From Flavobacteriaceae bacterium (GTDB lineage: Bacteria; Bacteroidota; Bacteroidia; Flavobacteriales; Flavobacteriaceae): 64,000 nt of DNA. The notes under the pieces were generated by a model. It saw nothing but the letters and a program-made list of their open reading frames with translations. It did no database searches and was not told the DNA's origin. How positions within the stretch are numbered: position 1 is the stretch's first letter; every line of letters starts with the position of its first letter. Positions 29,203-39,802 of this stretch are shown here, piece after piece. The translations under genes and the position numbers were made by a program. Location of the stretch: the NCBI GenBank assembly GCA_017852395.1, contig JAFMLE010000007.1:16101-80100 (forward strand), written 5' to 3'.

Positions 29203-30459
29203 TTAATTTAAAATTTCAAAAGAAGAAGCCACACCCACCCCTACTAGCGTGTCATGAAGACTTCCAAAGTTTCGGTAATAAACCAAGACCATATATTGGT
29301 TTTCGGTAGCAGCATGATTGCCACTTATGGCATGATGCAAAATTTGATTCTCAGTTTGTATTACGTAACGGTAATTATAAAACCCTTGCTTGAGCAATAA
29401 GGCTACCTCATAGCCGTCTAAGGACGCATTGTAGCGCATTTGATTTTCGGGTGAAGGCTCATAATTGTTAAATTTTCCGATGACATGCACTGTACCTTGC
29501 TCGAGGGCATAAGGTGCTGACAGGCTAAAGTGCACCCAACTATAATCTGCCTCTACAGCATCGTCCTGGGTGCCTTGCAGTGTTCGTATCTGAAAATCAC
29601 CATTGATGTCTGGTCCATAGGTGTAGGGATATGTATTTCGGATTGCATCGGTGTACAAAAACGACTGATAACGATCGCCCAGCCTGACATAACTCACATT
29701 GGGAGAAGATACCCTGATGTCTTTGGTGTCAAAAAATAAAAACTCATTTCCCCCTTCATATCGGGCAGCCTCATCATAACGGTATTCTAAAACTTGACCA
29801 TTGTTATATTGAGGTTTAAGTCCGGTTACAGCCCGATCCCATTGGCCGTTTTGTAAAACCACAACTTTTACAAGTGCTTCGGGATTGCGAAAGGGTTCCC
29901 GAGTGGGTTGGACAGAAAATTGAATACTTTGGTGGGTCTGATAATAGGCCAAATCACGGGCGCGAAAAACTCCAGCAGCCACTACCGCCTCCGAACTGTT
30001 GATGACAAAACGCCTTGAAAAAACCAACTGATCGGCGCTGTCGTAGATCGATAGCATATAGTTTCCAGAAAGTAGAAAACGTGTGTCGTCATTAGGCAGC
30101 TCCAAACGATAGTGGGTATAAGGCTGTAAGGTGTTAAAAGAACTCCTAAAATTTTCAATCCTAAGATTGTCCATCCCCGCCATGTATTCGTTTTTAAAAA
30201 GTGTAGAGGGTGTCCAGTCAAAGTTATAATAGGAGATTCGATAATAATAATCGGTTGCCGTTGACGTCAAATCATCAAAAGTCAGATAAAATGGTGTATT
30301 GGGTCCAACCACCGGAAATTGATGCGGTTGGTCATACGATTTGAAAACGATTGATTTTATGAACTCTGGTGGTGCGGTTTCATAAACCACTTGTGCTTGT
30401 AGGGCCCACCAACAATTATAAAACAATAAAAACCCGATAAACCGACCTTTTAACTTCAT
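29203..30459 (-). CDS. secreted beta-rich protein of unknown function (possibly DUF5103 / T9SS plug-like)
   Basis: 418 aa with a signal peptide. The family assignment is from memory of synteny with apaG in flavobacteria and is not verified. Confidence 0.4.
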   Translation of the reverse strand: MKLKGRFIGFLLFYNCWWALQAQVVYETAPPEFIKSIVFKSYDQPHQFPVVGPNTPFYLTFDDLTSTATDYYYRISYYNFDWTPSTLFKNEYMAGMDNLRIENFRSSFNTLQPYTHYRLELPNDDTRFLLSGNYMLSIYDSADQLVFSRRFVINSSEAVVAAGVFRARDLAYYQTHQSIQFSVQPTREPFRNPEALVKVVVLQNGQWDRAVTGLKPQYNNGQVLEYRYDEAARYEGGNEFLFFDTKDIRVSSPNVSYVRLGDRYQSFLYTDAIRNTYPYTYGPDINGDFQIRTLQGTQDDAVEADYSWVHFSLSAPYALEQGTVHVIGKFNNYEPSPENQMRYNASLDGYEVALLLKQGFYNYRYVIQTENQILHHAISGNHAATENQYMVLVYYRNFGSLHDTLVGVGVASSFEILN

Positions 30460-30594
30460 AAATCAAAAGTACTAAAATTAGAACTACAGCGCTTGAAGCC
30501 ACCGAAATTTAGGCCGCCTACAGAAAAATAAATCTTTTGATAAACTGTCGATATTTTTTAACGATTCTCGTTTTTTTTACCGCTCTATTATATG

Positions 30595-30602
30595 TAAATT
30601 TG
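30595..30602 (+). promoter_or_regulatory. -7 promoter box TAAATTTG for nqr operon
   Basis: Exact TAnnTTTG, 28 nt upstream of the nqrA ATG. Confidence 0.4.
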
Positions 30603-30630
30603 CACGGTTTTAGAATGTAACTTGAACGAA

Positions 30631-31977
30631 ATGTCAAAAGGCTTACGCATCCGCAGAGGTGCCACAATCAATCTAAAAGGAAAAGCTGAGAAAATCATCC
30701 AAGAAAGTGCTCCATCGAGTACCTACGCACTACTTCCTGACGACTTTTTTGCGCTGACCCCCAAAATGCATCTCAAAGAAGGTGCTAAAGTACAAGCGGG
30801 AACGCCCGTTTTCTATTCAAAAAGCAATCCCCGCATTCAATTTGTATCTCCAGTTTCTGGAACACTCAAAGCGATCGTCCGAGGTGCCAAACGAAAAATT
30901 TTGGAAGTGATCATCGAAGCCAATGGCACCGATGCAATAACCCACAAAGTAGGAAATCCCCAAAGCATGAAGCGTGAAGAAATTGTTGCGCTTTTGCTGG
31001 AGAGCGGCTGTTGGCCTTTTATCCGTCAACGTCCCTACAACGTCATTGCTGATCCTGAGGTAACACCCAAAGCCATTTATATTTCTACCTATGCCACAGC
31101 ACCCTTGGACGTTGATTTTGAGTTTTTCTTAAAAGATCAACTCGAACAATTTCAAAAAGGGATTGATGTGCTAAATCAATTGACTTCTACGATCTATTTG
31201 GCAACCGATCAAAATTATAGAGATGGTTTTGCCAAAATCGAAAATGTCAATCAAATTGCCGTTTCTGGGCCCCACCCTGCAGGCAATGAGAGTATAATCA
31301 TCCACCACACCAACCCGCTTGCAATGCATGAAAAAGTGTGGACCATCCGCCCCGAAGATGTTGTCAACATAGGACTCCTTTTCGAAACAGGGCAATATGC
31401 CGCACAACGTACCATCGCAGTAGCAGGTTCGCCCGTGGGCAAACCCCATTATATCAAAACCAAAATTGGCGCTCAAATTGCACCACTTTGCGAGATGACA
31501 CAAGTCGATACCCAAAAAAATCTTCGTTATATAAACGGTGATGTTTTGACTGGTAGACAAACACAACCGCAAAGTCATATTGGTTTTTACAACAACCTAT
31601 TGAGCATCATCCCCGAAGGAAACCAATACCGTATGTTTGGTTGGATGCCTTTTAAAGACAGTAACATTCCTAGTTTGTCAAAAACTTCATTTTCTTGGTT
31701 GTTTAATAGCGCAAAAGAAGTGGACACCAATCTAAATGGAGAAGAGCGCGCGCTGGTTGTTACTGGAGAAATGGAAAAAGTATTTCCGATGGACATCTAT
31801 CCTATGCAATTGCTCAAAGCATGCATGACTGGAGATATTGAAAAAATGGAATTCCTTGGTATCTACGAAGTAATTCCTGAAGATTTTGGATTGATTGATT
31901 TTGCCAATACTTCAAAAATTGAAGCACAAGAAATCATCAAAAATGCCATGTACCTCATGTTAAAAGAAGTTGGATAA
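30631..31977 (+). CDS. nqrA: Na+-translocating NADH:quinone reductase subunit A
   Basis: I use the ATG at 30631 (MSKGLRIRRG...). First gene of a colinear nqrABCDEF set. Confidence 0.92.
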   Translation: MSKGLRIRRGATINLKGKAEKIIQESAPSSTYALLPDDFFALTPKMHLKEGAKVQAGTPVFYSKSNPRIQFVSPVSGTLKAIVRGAKRKILEVIIEANGTDAITHKVGNPQSMKREEIVALLLESGCWPFIRQRPYNVIADPEVTPKAIYISTYATAPLDVDFEFFLKDQLEQFQKGIDVLNQLTSTIYLATDQNYRDGFAKIENVNQIAVSGPHPAGNESIIIHHTNPLAMHEKVWTIRPEDVVNIGLLFETGQYAAQRTIAVAGSPVGKPHYIKTKIGAQIAPLCEMTQVDTQKNLRYINGDVLTGRQTQPQSHIGFYNNLLSIIPEGNQYRMFGWMPFKDSNIPSLSKTSFSWLFNSAKEVDTNLNGEERALVVTGEMEKVFPMDIYPMQLLKACMTGDIEKMEFLGIYEVIPEDFGLIDFANTSKIEAQEIIKNAMYLMLKEVG

Positions 31978-31988
31978 AGAGAGCACGT

Positions 31989-33146
31989 ATGAGTTTTATT
32001 AGAAAAAAATTAGATGAAATCAGAAGGCCTTTTGAAAAAGGCCAAAAATGGGAAAAGTTTGCTCCGGCAATCAACGCCTTTGACACTTTTCTATTTGTCC
32101 CCAACCACACCACGCACAAAGGGGCACACGTCCGTGATGCCGTAGATCTAAAACGAACCATGATCACAGTGGTCCTCGCATTGATGCCCGCTTTGGTTTA
32201 TGGAATTTACAACACCGGCTATCAGCATTTCATTCAATTGGGGGGTGTATTTACGTTTATGGATGCCTTTCTTCATGGAGCAATGAAAGTTGTGCCGATG
32301 ATTATTGTATCCTATGTTGTCGGGTTATCGATCGAATTTGCTTTTGCGGTTTACCGTGGTCACGAAGTAAACGAAGGCTATTTGGTAACCGGTTTGCTCA
32401 TTCCGATGATCATGCCGGTCGATATTCCGCTTTGGATGGTTGCCATCTCTGTAGCTTTTGCAGTACTGATCGCCAAAGAAGCTTTTGGGGGTACCGGAAT
32501 GAATATATTGAACCCTGCCTTGACGGCTAGAGCTTTTGCTTTTTTTGCCTATCCTACTTATATGTCGGGAAACAAAGTATGGGTCTCTGAAGCCACTACA
32601 CTAGATGGTGTTTCTGGCGAAACCATTTTGGGATCACTTGCAGCAGGCCAAGAGGTAAGCTATACCACAATGGATATGTTTCAAGGAGGAATCCCAGGTT
32701 CTATTGCAGAAACTTCAGCCCTATGGATTGTTGTCGGAGCATTGATGCTTATTGCAACAGGAGTTGCCAGCTGGCGTATCATGGTTGGTGGTGTTATTGG
32801 AGCCAGTATCATGGGCTTTTTATTCAACTTATGGGGTGCCAACGCATTGATGCAGTTTGACTGGTTCAACCACTTGGTCGTAGGGGGCTTTGCTTTTGGT
32901 ATCGTATTTATGGCTACAGATCCTGTCTCAGCCGCTCAAACAGAAAAAGGAAAATGGGTTTATGGAATTTTGGTGGGAATCTTCTGCATCATGATTCGGG
33001 TGTTTAACCCCGCTTACCCCGAGGGGGTCATGCTCGCCATTTTATTGATGAACGTATTTGCACCTACAATCGACCACTACGTAGTAGAAGCCAATATCAA
33101 CCGAAGAAAAAAACGTTGGGCAAAAGCGCAACTAAAAACTGCTTAA
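31989..33146 (+). CDS. nqrB: Na+-NQR subunit B
   Basis: 385 aa, polytopic. Has the SGET flavinylation-type motif (LDGVSGETILG). Confidence 0.95.
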   Translation: MSFIRKKLDEIRRPFEKGQKWEKFAPAINAFDTFLFVPNHTTHKGAHVRDAVDLKRTMITVVLALMPALVYGIYNTGYQHFIQLGGVFTFMDAFLHGAMKVVPMIIVSYVVGLSIEFAFAVYRGHEVNEGYLVTGLLIPMIMPVDIPLWMVAISVAFAVLIAKEAFGGTGMNILNPALTARAFAFFAYPTYMSGNKVWVSEATTLDGVSGETILGSLAAGQEVSYTTMDMFQGGIPGSIAETSALWIVVGALMLIATGVASWRIMVGGVIGASIMGFLFNLWGANALMQFDWFNHLVVGGFAFGIVFMATDPVSAAQTEKGKWVYGILVGIFCIMIRVFNPAYPEGVMLAILLMNVFAPTIDHYVVEANINRRKKRWAKAQLKTA

Positions 33147-33148
33147 TT

Positions 33149-33880
33149 ATGAATCGAGACAGTAACGGATATACCTTTTTGTTTGCAACGCTTATGGTTT
33201 TGGTCGTGGCCTCGGCTTTGGCCTTTACAGCCTCTTCTCTTAAAGGGCTGCAAGCAGAAAATGTGCGTAAAGAAAAAATGCAAAATATCCTGGCCACCAT
33301 TGGTATCGAAACCGATCGGGACCAGGCCGAAGGCCTTTACAAAAAATACATCGTTGAAGAGTTGGCTTTGACGCACACAGGTGCTGTGGATACCCAATCA
33401 GAAGCCTTCAAAATTCAGCTCAACGGTGAGTTAAAAAAGCCTGTAGAAGCACAGCGATTTCCACTTTATGTCGCTGATGTAGAAGGAAAAAAATACTATG
33501 TTGTACCACTCCGTGGTGCAGGACTTTGGGATGCCATCTGGGGATACCTTGCACTCAAAGAAGACAAAAACACCATACAAGGTGCTGTTTTTGATCACAA
33601 AGGAGAAACTGCAGGACTGGGTGCAGAAATTACACAAAAGTGGTTTCAAGAACGTTTTGTCGATGAAAAAATCATGGATCAAAATGGTCAATTGGTTGGA
33701 ATCAACGTTTCAAAAACCAACAATGACCCAACCAATAGTGATAAAGACGACCATGAAATCGATGCCATATCTGGCGCCACGATTACTGGAGATGGAGTAA
33801 CGGCAATGATTGCTGAGCGATTGGCGCATTACCTTCCTTATTTCTCAAAAGAAGAAACCCCTTTAGCATTGAATAACTAG
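33149..33880 (+). CDS. nqrC: Na+-NQR subunit C
   Basis: I use the internal ATG at 33149 (MNRDSNGY...). Has a single TM helix and the SGATITG FMN attachment motif. Confidence 0.93.
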   Translation: MNRDSNGYTFLFATLMVLVVASALAFTASSLKGLQAENVRKEKMQNILATIGIETDRDQAEGLYKKYIVEELALTHTGAVDTQSEAFKIQLNGELKKPVEAQRFPLYVADVEGKKYYVVPLRGAGLWDAIWGYLALKEDKNTIQGAVFDHKGETAGLGAEITQKWFQERFVDEKIMDQNGQLVGINVSKTNNDPTNSDKDDHEIDAISGATITGDGVTAMIAERLAHYLPYFSKEETPLALNN

Positions 33881-33886
33881 ACTACA

Positions 33887-34576
33887 ATGACCTCTAAAAA
33901 ATCAAACAACAAACCCCTCTTTTTCTTTGTCAATAAAGAAAAGGAACCTTTGTTTTCTAAAAAAAATCGAGCACTACTCACCGATCCACTCGATGACAAC
34001 AACCCGATTACCGTACAAGTATTAGGCATCTGTTCTGCACTCGCCATTACGGTGCAACTCAAACCCGCCATAGTAATGAGTATATCGGTAATGGCCGTTA
34101 TGGCAGCAAGCAACGTGATCATTTCGCTTTTGCGCAATTTGATCCCCAACCGAATTCGAATTATCGTTCAATTGGTGGTTGTGGCTTCAATGGTAATTTT
34201 GGTAGATCAGGTCTTGCGAGCTTATGCTTATGATGTCAGCAAAGAACTCTCCATTTTTATTGGTTTGATCATTACCAATTGTATCGTAATGGGACGTCTA
34301 GAAGCCTTTGCTTTAGGCAACGGTGTTTGGAAATCATTTTTGGATGGTATAGGAAACGCTGCGGGCTATGGCGTACTCTTGATTGCGGTCGCATTTTTTA
34401 GAGAATTGCTCGGCTCGGGAAAATTATTTGGTATTCAAGTGATTCCCGATGCCTTCTATGAAATGGGCTATGTTAACAACGGACTTATGTTGCTCTCCCC
34501 TATGGCGTTGATCACTGTAGGAATCATTATCTGGCTGCAAAGAGCACGCAACCGCAAACTCATCGAAAAAAACTAA
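33887..34576 (+). CDS. nqrD: Na+-NQR subunit D
   Basis: 229 aa. Polytopic NqrD/RnfE-like protein. Confidence 0.93.
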   Translation: MTSKKSNNKPLFFFVNKEKEPLFSKKNRALLTDPLDDNNPITVQVLGICSALAITVQLKPAIVMSISVMAVMAASNVIISLLRNLIPNRIRIIVQLVVVASMVILVDQVLRAYAYDVSKELSIFIGLIITNCIVMGRLEAFALGNGVWKSFLDGIGNAAGYGVLLIAVAFFRELLGSGKLFGIQVIPDAFYEMGYVNNGLMLLSPMALITVGIIIWLQRARNRKLIEKN

Positions 34577-34582
34577 AGCAAC

Positions 34583-35200
34583 ATGGAAGCGTATTTTAAC
34601 CTTTTTGTAAAAAGTATTTTTATCGAGAACATGATCTTCGCCTATTTCTTAGGAATGTGTTCTTATTTGGCTGTATCAAAAACAGTAAAAACAGCTGTTG
34701 GACTTGGGTTAGCTGTTATTTTTGTACTCGCGATCACTGTACCCATCAACTTTTTGTTGGACACCTATTTGCTTCGACCAGGGGCACTCGCCTGGTTGGG
34801 CAATGACTATGCCAGCATAGACCTCAGCTTTTTGAGTTTTATCATGTTTATCGCCGTAATTGCCTCCATGGTACAATTGGTAGAAATGATTGTAGAAAAA
34901 TTTGCTCCTGCGCTCTATGGTGCGCTGGGTATATTTTTACCCTTAATTGCGGTAAACTGTGCTATTTTGGGAGGTTCGTTGTTTATGCAACAAAAAGATT
35001 TTTCGGGGGTTGCCGAATCGGCAGTTTATGGTTTGGGATCAGGAATTGGTTGGTTGTTGGCCATTTTAGCCATCGCAGCTATACGCGAAAAAATCACCTA
35101 CTCCAACGTACCCGCACCACTAAGAGGACTGGGAATCACCTTTATCATCACTGGATTGATGGCATTAGGATTTATGAGTTTTATGGGAATTAAATTATAA
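34583..35200 (+). CDS. nqrE: Na+-NQR subunit E
   Basis: 205 aa. Polytopic NqrE/RnfA-like protein. Confidence 0.93.
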   Translation: MEAYFNLFVKSIFIENMIFAYFLGMCSYLAVSKTVKTAVGLGLAVIFVLAITVPINFLLDTYLLRPGALAWLGNDYASIDLSFLSFIMFIAVIASMVQLVEMIVEKFAPALYGALGIFLPLIAVNCAILGGSLFMQQKDFSGVAESAVYGLGSGIGWLLAILAIAAIREKITYSNVPAPLRGLGITFIITGLMALGFMSFMGIKL

Positions 35201-35207
35201 GAGTTAC

Positions 35208-36503
35208 ATGGATATCACCGTAATCATTGCAAGTATTGTTGTTTTTTTAACCATCACATTTTTGTTGGTGGGAATGTTATTGGGCGCTAAAGCAAAACTT
35301 TTACCCTCAGGACCCGTCACCTTACATATTAACGGAGAAAATGATCTTCAGGTCTCATCGGGTAGCACCTTGTTGACCACATTAGGTAATAACAAAATCT
35401 TTTTACCCTCTGCCTGTGGTGGCGGTGGTACTTGTATCCAATGCAAATGCCAAGTCATCGAGGGTGGCGGTGAAATTTTGCCTACAGAAGCACCCCATTT
35501 TACTCGAAAAGAAATCGCCGAAGGCTGGCGTTTGGGCTGTCAGGTAAAAGTCAAGCAAGACATGGTCATCACCGTCCCCGAAGAAGTCTTTGGAATCAAA
35601 AAATGGGAAGCCAAAGTGGTACGTAACTACAACGTAGCATCTTTTATCAAAGAATTTGTAGTCGAACTGCCAGAGGCAATGGACTACAAAGCCGGAGGAT
35701 ACATACAGATTGAAATCCCCAAATGTGAGGTAAACTACCAGGACATGGACATCACCGCTCATCCTAACGAACATCCTGGGGAGCCCGATAAATTTAAATT
35801 GGAATGGGATAAATTTAACTTATGGCCACTGGTGATGAAAAATCCAGAAACCGTAGAGCGTGCCTACTCGATGGCCTCTTATCCTGCCGAAGGTAAAGAA
35901 GTAATGCTCAACGTACGTATTGCAACCCCGCCATGGGATCGCAATAAAAACGGATGGATGGATGTCAATCCAGGAGTGGCTTCCTCCTATATCTTTTCTA
36001 AAAAAGCTGGAGATACAGTAACAATCTCTGGGCCTTATGGAGAATTTTTCATCAACGAATCAGAAGCCGAAATGCTCTATGTTGGAGGTGGTGCTGGTAT
36101 GGCACCCATGCGTTCGCACCTCTACGAACTTTTTAGAACCCTAAAAACTGGACGAAAAGTAACGTTCTGGTACGGCGGACGTTCGAAGCGAGAGTTATTC
36201 TATGTCGATCACTTTAAAGCCTTAGAAAAAGACTTTCCAAATTTTAGATTTTACATTGCACTTTCAGAACCTTTAGAAGAAGACAACTGGAAGGTAAAAG
36301 ATGGTTTGGATGGTGCAGGAGATGGTTTTAAAGGTTTTGTTCACCAAGTGGTGATTGACAACTATCTTTCTAAACACGAAAACCCCGAAGATATCGAAGT
36401 CTATTTCTGTGGACCCCCATTGATGAATCAAGCCGTCGAAAAAATGGCCGACGATTTTGGTATTCCACCAGAAAATGTTCGTTTTGACGACTTTGGAGGA
36501 TAA
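35208..36503 (+). CDS. nqrF: Na+-NQR subunit F
   Basis: 431 aa. Has an N-terminal TM helix, the 2Fe-2S motif [12 protein letters not shown], and an FAD/NADH domain ([15 protein letters not shown]). Confidence 0.95.
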   Translation: MDITVIIASIVVFLTITFLLVGMLLGAKAKLLPSGPVTLHINGENDLQVSSGSTLLTTLGNNKIFLPSACGGGGTCIQCKCQVIEGGGEILPTEAPHFTRKEIAEGWRLGCQVKVKQDMVITVPEEVFGIKKWEAKVVRNYNVASFIKEFVVELPEAMDYKAGGYIQIEIPKCEVNYQDMDITAHPNEHPGEPDKFKLEWDKFNLWPLVMKNPETVERAYSMASYPAEGKEVMLNVRIATPPWDRNKNGWMDVNPGVASSYIFSKKAGDTVTISGPYGEFFINESEAEMLYVGGGAGMAPMRSHLYELFRTLKTGRKVTFWYGGRSKRELFYVDHFKALEKDFPNFRFYIALSEPLEEDNWKVKDGLDGAGDGFKGFVHQVVIDNYLSKHENPEDIEVYFCGPPLMNQAVEKMADDFGIPPENVRFDDFGG

Positions 36504-36515
36504 TATTAAATTTAC

Positions 36516-36544
36516 AACCTCGGAGTTTATTCCGAGGTTTTTTT
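36516..36544 (+). terminator. intrinsic terminator after nqrF
   Basis: AACCTCGGA-gtttat-TCCGAGGTT followed by a T-run. The T-run ends at the ATG of the next ORF. Confidence 0.7.
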
Positions 36545-36898
36545 ATGCTCACAGAAAAAGAAATACATCAGCTCGCCATGAATGTGGTTGGAGAAGCCTT
36601 AGAAGCTGCAGGTTTCGAATTTTTGGCAGTAAATTCGAAACCCAAAAAAGACCCACAGTTTGTTTGTCTAAAAGACAAAAAACTCCATTTTGTCGTAGTC
36701 AAAGGCTGTTGTTATCCCCAAAACCCCAAAATCTATGACGCGGTATTGCTCCAAAAAGTCAAAAACCATGCCTCAAATTACAACGCCCGCACCTACTTTG
36801 CTGGAGTTGGCTTTGCACACGCTGACGACTACACCCTGCCTCTGGACAAAAAGGCGCCTTATGTAATTAATTATGATGGATTGCAAGAAATTAATTAG
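36545..36898 (+). CDS. hypothetical 117-aa protein between nqrF and apbE
   Basis: Clean ORF with no TM helix. GEALEAAGFEFLAVN...DPQFVCL...LHFVVVKG loosely recalls a YraN-like PD-(D/E)xK layout, with the acidic residue replaced by Val. It overlaps the apbE start by 26 nt. Confidence 0.5.
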   Translation: MLTEKEIHQLAMNVVGEALEAAGFEFLAVNSKPKKDPQFVCLKDKKLHFVVVKGCCYPQNPKIYDAVLLQKVKNHASNYNARTYFAGVGFAHADDYTLPLDKKAPYVINYDGLQEIN

Positions 36899-37874
36899 TC
36901 TTTCACTACTCCTAATTTTTGGTTGTACTCAACCGTCAACTGTAGTCGTCACTCAGGGATTTGCTTTGGGTACCAGCTATTCGATCAAAGTAGAAAGCCA
37001 GCACTGGACGGCTGAAGCGATTGAAGCAAAACTCGACTCGTTGTTCTATATCGCCAATAAGTCCATGTCAACATACATCCCCCAATCTGACATTTCAAAA
37101 ATCAATCAAGGCATGACAGATGTCATCGTCGATGAGCACTTTAGAGCGGTCTTTGATAAAGCTACGGAAGTATGGGAAGCCACTGACGGGTTGTTTGACC
37201 CAACGGTAGGCAGTTTGGTTAATGCTTATGGGTTTGGCCCCGAAGCAGGATTTGCAAATTTGTCCCAAGCGCAGATTGACAGCCTCTTGGACTTTACAGG
37301 CTGGCAAAACCTTGAACTAACCCCTAAAGGAAATCTAATCAAAAAAGACCTCCGCACCTATTTGGACTTCAACGCTTTGGCCAAAGGCTATACCATTGAT
37401 ATGATCGGTCGGTATTTTGAAAGCCAGCAAATCAACAATTATTTGATTGAAGTTGGTGGAGAACTTCGAGCCAAAGGCCAAAATCCTACTACACAAAAAA
37501 CCTGGCGTATTGCCATCGATCATCCCAATCAAGAGCAAGGGCGCAACCTGATCCGAAGCCTACCCCTATCCAACCAATCCTTGGCTACATCGGGCAACTA
37601 CCGCAAATTTCGAATTGACCCCCGAACTGGGGAAAAATATGTGCACAGTATCAACCCCAAATTGGGCCTACCGGTACAATCTTCAATCTTAAGCGCATCG
37701 GTCCTTGCCCCCGATTGCATGACTGCCGATGCCTGGGCCACAGCGCTGATGGTAATGCCCCTGGAGCAAGGGCAACAGCTCATCGCGCAGCATAGTGATC
37801 TCGAAGCCTATTGGATTGTCGCCAAGGGCGATCAACTTCTAGAGTATTTTTCGGTCGGCTGGCCCAAAGAATAA
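36873..37874 (+). CDS. apbE: FAD:protein FMN transferase (lipoprotein)
   Basis: 333 aa. Has a lipobox (LLLIFGC), the ALAKGYTID motif and a SGNYRKF-type pattern. It is in the expected position after nqrF. Confidence 0.9.
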   Translation: MMDCKKLISLSLLLIFGCTQPSTVVVTQGFALGTSYSIKVESQHWTAEAIEAKLDSLFYIANKSMSTYIPQSDISKINQGMTDVIVDEHFRAVFDKATEVWEATDGLFDPTVGSLVNAYGFGPEAGFANLSQAQIDSLLDFTGWQNLELTPKGNLIKKDLRTYLDFNALAKGYTIDMIGRYFESQQINNYLIEVGGELRAKGQNPTTQKTWRIAIDHPNQEQGRNLIRSLPLSNQSLATSGNYRKFRIDPRTGEKYVHSINPKLGLPVQSSILSASVLAPDCMTADAWATALMVMPLEQGQQLIAQHSDLEAYWIVAKGDQLLEYFSVGWPKE

Positions 37875-37924
37875 CGGTTTGTATATCCATTCTTTTTGTA
37901 CCTTGTAGATACTATCTATTGGTT

Positions 37925-39526
37925 ATGAGAAAAATAATTATGCTACTCGGTGCACTCTTTTTAGGTGCTTGTACTGCCCCCCAATGTGATTTGCTTATTG
38001 TCAATGGACAACTCTATGACGGAACGGGCGCTCCCGCTCAAGCAGGAGTTATCGCCATCAACGCAGATACTATAGCGTATATTGGACCTGCAAAACCCTT
38101 TAAAGCAACCAAAACCATCGATGCCCAAGGCATGGCCGTCAGTCCTGGTTTTATCAATATGCTTAGTTGGGGGTATAGCAGTCTGATGGAAGACGGGCGA
38201 TCCTTGAGTGACTTAAAACAAGGGGTAACCCTTGAAGTTTTTGGAGAGGGAACCTCACCAGGACCCAGAGGCAGTACTGCTGATGGGGATTATGTCGGTT
38301 TTGGCGAAGCTATGAAAGCCCTGGAACAAAATGGAGTTTCAACCAATATTGCCTCGTATTTAGGCGCCGCATCGGTACGTATCCAAACGGTAGGTTATGC
38401 CAATCGCAAAGCCACTACTGAAGAACAAAAACAAATGGAAGCTATTGTGGCTGAAGCCATGCAAGAAGGCGCAATGGGCATTGGCTCATCTTTAATCTAT
38501 GCTCCAGGTGACTATGCCGATACCAAAGAACTTATTTTGCTCAACAAAGTCGCAGCCGCTTATCAAGGCAAATACATCTCCCATATGCGCAATGAAGACG
38601 ATAAGGTACTGGCCGCGCTGGAGGAACTCATCACCATCTCAAAAGAAGCTGGGGTGCCTGCAGAAATTTATCACCTCAAGGCCTCTCGAAAACCCAACTG
38701 GCACCTTTTGGACAGCATCATCGCACGGGTAGAGGCGGCACGTAAAGAAGGGCTTCCGATTACTGCCGATATGTACACCTACAATGCCAGTTCAACGGGC
38801 TTGACCGGTGTCATTCCCACTTGGGTGCAGGAGGGCGGACACCGCGCATGGATTGAACGTATGAAAGACCCCAAAGTACGAAAACGCCTTATTAAAGACA
38901 TCGAAAAAGAACTGAACCAACAGCCCCCCTCGGGCATATTGATGGTCGGTTTTAATACTGAGGCCATGGCCGAAAAATACCGTGGTAAAACCATTGAAGA
39001 AGCCGCTCAAATGCGCAAGCAAAAACCGGCCGAAGCCATCATCGATATGATCATCGAAGACGATAGTCGCATCCAATGCATTTATTTTAGTATGTCAGAA
39101 GAAAACATCCGAAAAAAAGTGCAACTCCCCTGGGTCTCCTTTTGTTCTGATGCGGGGTCCTACTCGGACATCACCAAAGACTTTAGAACTCATCCGCGTG
39201 CTTTTGGAAGTTTTATTCGTGTATTGGGCAAGTTTAGCCGAGACGAAAAGCTGCTTACCTTAGAACAAGCCGTCCACAAACTCAGTGGCCTGCCTGCTGC
39301 CAATCTGGGCCTCACAAAACGCGGTACCCTACAGACGGGCAACTTTGCTGATATCGTCATTTTTAATCCCGAAACCGTTGATGACCACGCTACTTTTGAT
39401 GCTCCCCTTCAATATGCAACTGGAGTAAATCACGTATTGGTCAATGGCATACCGGTATTGGAAAATGGTGCGCATACCGGAGCATTCTCCGGGCGTTTTG
39501 TCAAAGGCCCTGGAGCAACCCGATAA
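37925..39526 (+). CDS. D-aminoacylase / amidohydrolase-3 family lipoprotein
   Basis: I use the internal ATG at 37925 (MRKIIMLLGALFLGAC, a lipobox). The C-terminal ATFDAPLQYATGVNHVLVNG...G.FSGRFV is typical of N-acyl-D-amino-acid deacylases. The N-terminal HxH is not obvious (PGFINMLSW). Confidence 0.7.
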   Translation: MRKIIMLLGALFLGACTAPQCDLLIVNGQLYDGTGAPAQAGVIAINADTIAYIGPAKPFKATKTIDAQGMAVSPGFINMLSWGYSSLMEDGRSLSDLKQGVTLEVFGEGTSPGPRGSTADGDYVGFGEAMKALEQNGVSTNIASYLGAASVRIQTVGYANRKATTEEQKQMEAIVAEAMQEGAMGIGSSLIYAPGDYADTKELILLNKVAAAYQGKYISHMRNEDDKVLAALEELITISKEAGVPAEIYHLKASRKPNWHLLDSIIARVEAARKEGLPITADMYTYNASSTGLTGVIPTWVQEGGHRAWIERMKDPKVRKRLIKDIEKELNQQPPSGILMVGFNTEAMAEKYRGKTIEEAAQMRKQKPAEAIIDMIIEDDSRIQCIYFSMSEENIRKKVQLPWVSFCSDAGSYSDITKDFRTHPRAFGSFIRVLGKFSRDEKLLTLEQAVHKLSGLPAANLGLTKRGTLQTGNFADIVIFNPETVDDHATFDAPLQYATGVNHVLVNGIPVLENGAHTGAFSGRFVKGPGATR

Positions 39527-39577
39527 ATCATTAATCGATTTATACATTTTGTGAGGAAAACAAAACTTAAACCCATA

Positions 39578-39608
39578 AAAAAACCCTTGCCAAATGGTAA
39601 GGGTTTTT
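39578..39608. terminator. bidirectional intrinsic terminator
   Basis: AAACCCTTgCC-AAAT-GGtAAGGGTTT, flanked by an A-run and a T-run. It lies between the deacylase gene and the 3' end of tRNA-Leu. Confidence 0.7.
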
Positions 39609-39612
39609 GAGG

Positions 39613-39694
39613 TGCGGGTGAAGGGACTCGAACCCCCACGCCGTGAAGCACTAGATCCTAAGTCTAGCGTGTCTACCAATTTCACCACACCCGC
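39613..39694 (-). tRNA. tRNA-Leu (anticodon UAG), type II with long variable arm
   Basis: Reverse complement: GCGGGTGTGGTGAAATTGGTAGACACGCTAGACTTAGGATCTAGTGCTTCACGGCGTGGGGGTTCGAGTCCCTTCACCCGCA. Acceptor stem is GCGGGTG/CACCCGC. Anticodon stem is CTAGA/TCTAG with loop CTTAGGA. T-loop is TTCGAGT. Confidence 0.9.
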
Positions 39695-39802
39695 AGATTT
39701 ATTGGTGGGGCAAATATAAATAAGTTTTTCCTATTCTAAGAACTCTTTTAGAATTAGATGCCGGTGAATTTGTTATTTTTAGGGACGCAAAAACCACAAC
39801 CT

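Noticed and set aside
39329-39688. 119-aa and 73-aa minus-strand ORFs
   Set aside because: They run through tRNA-Leu and its terminator and are antisense to the deacylase 3' end. They are artefacts of translating a tRNA region.
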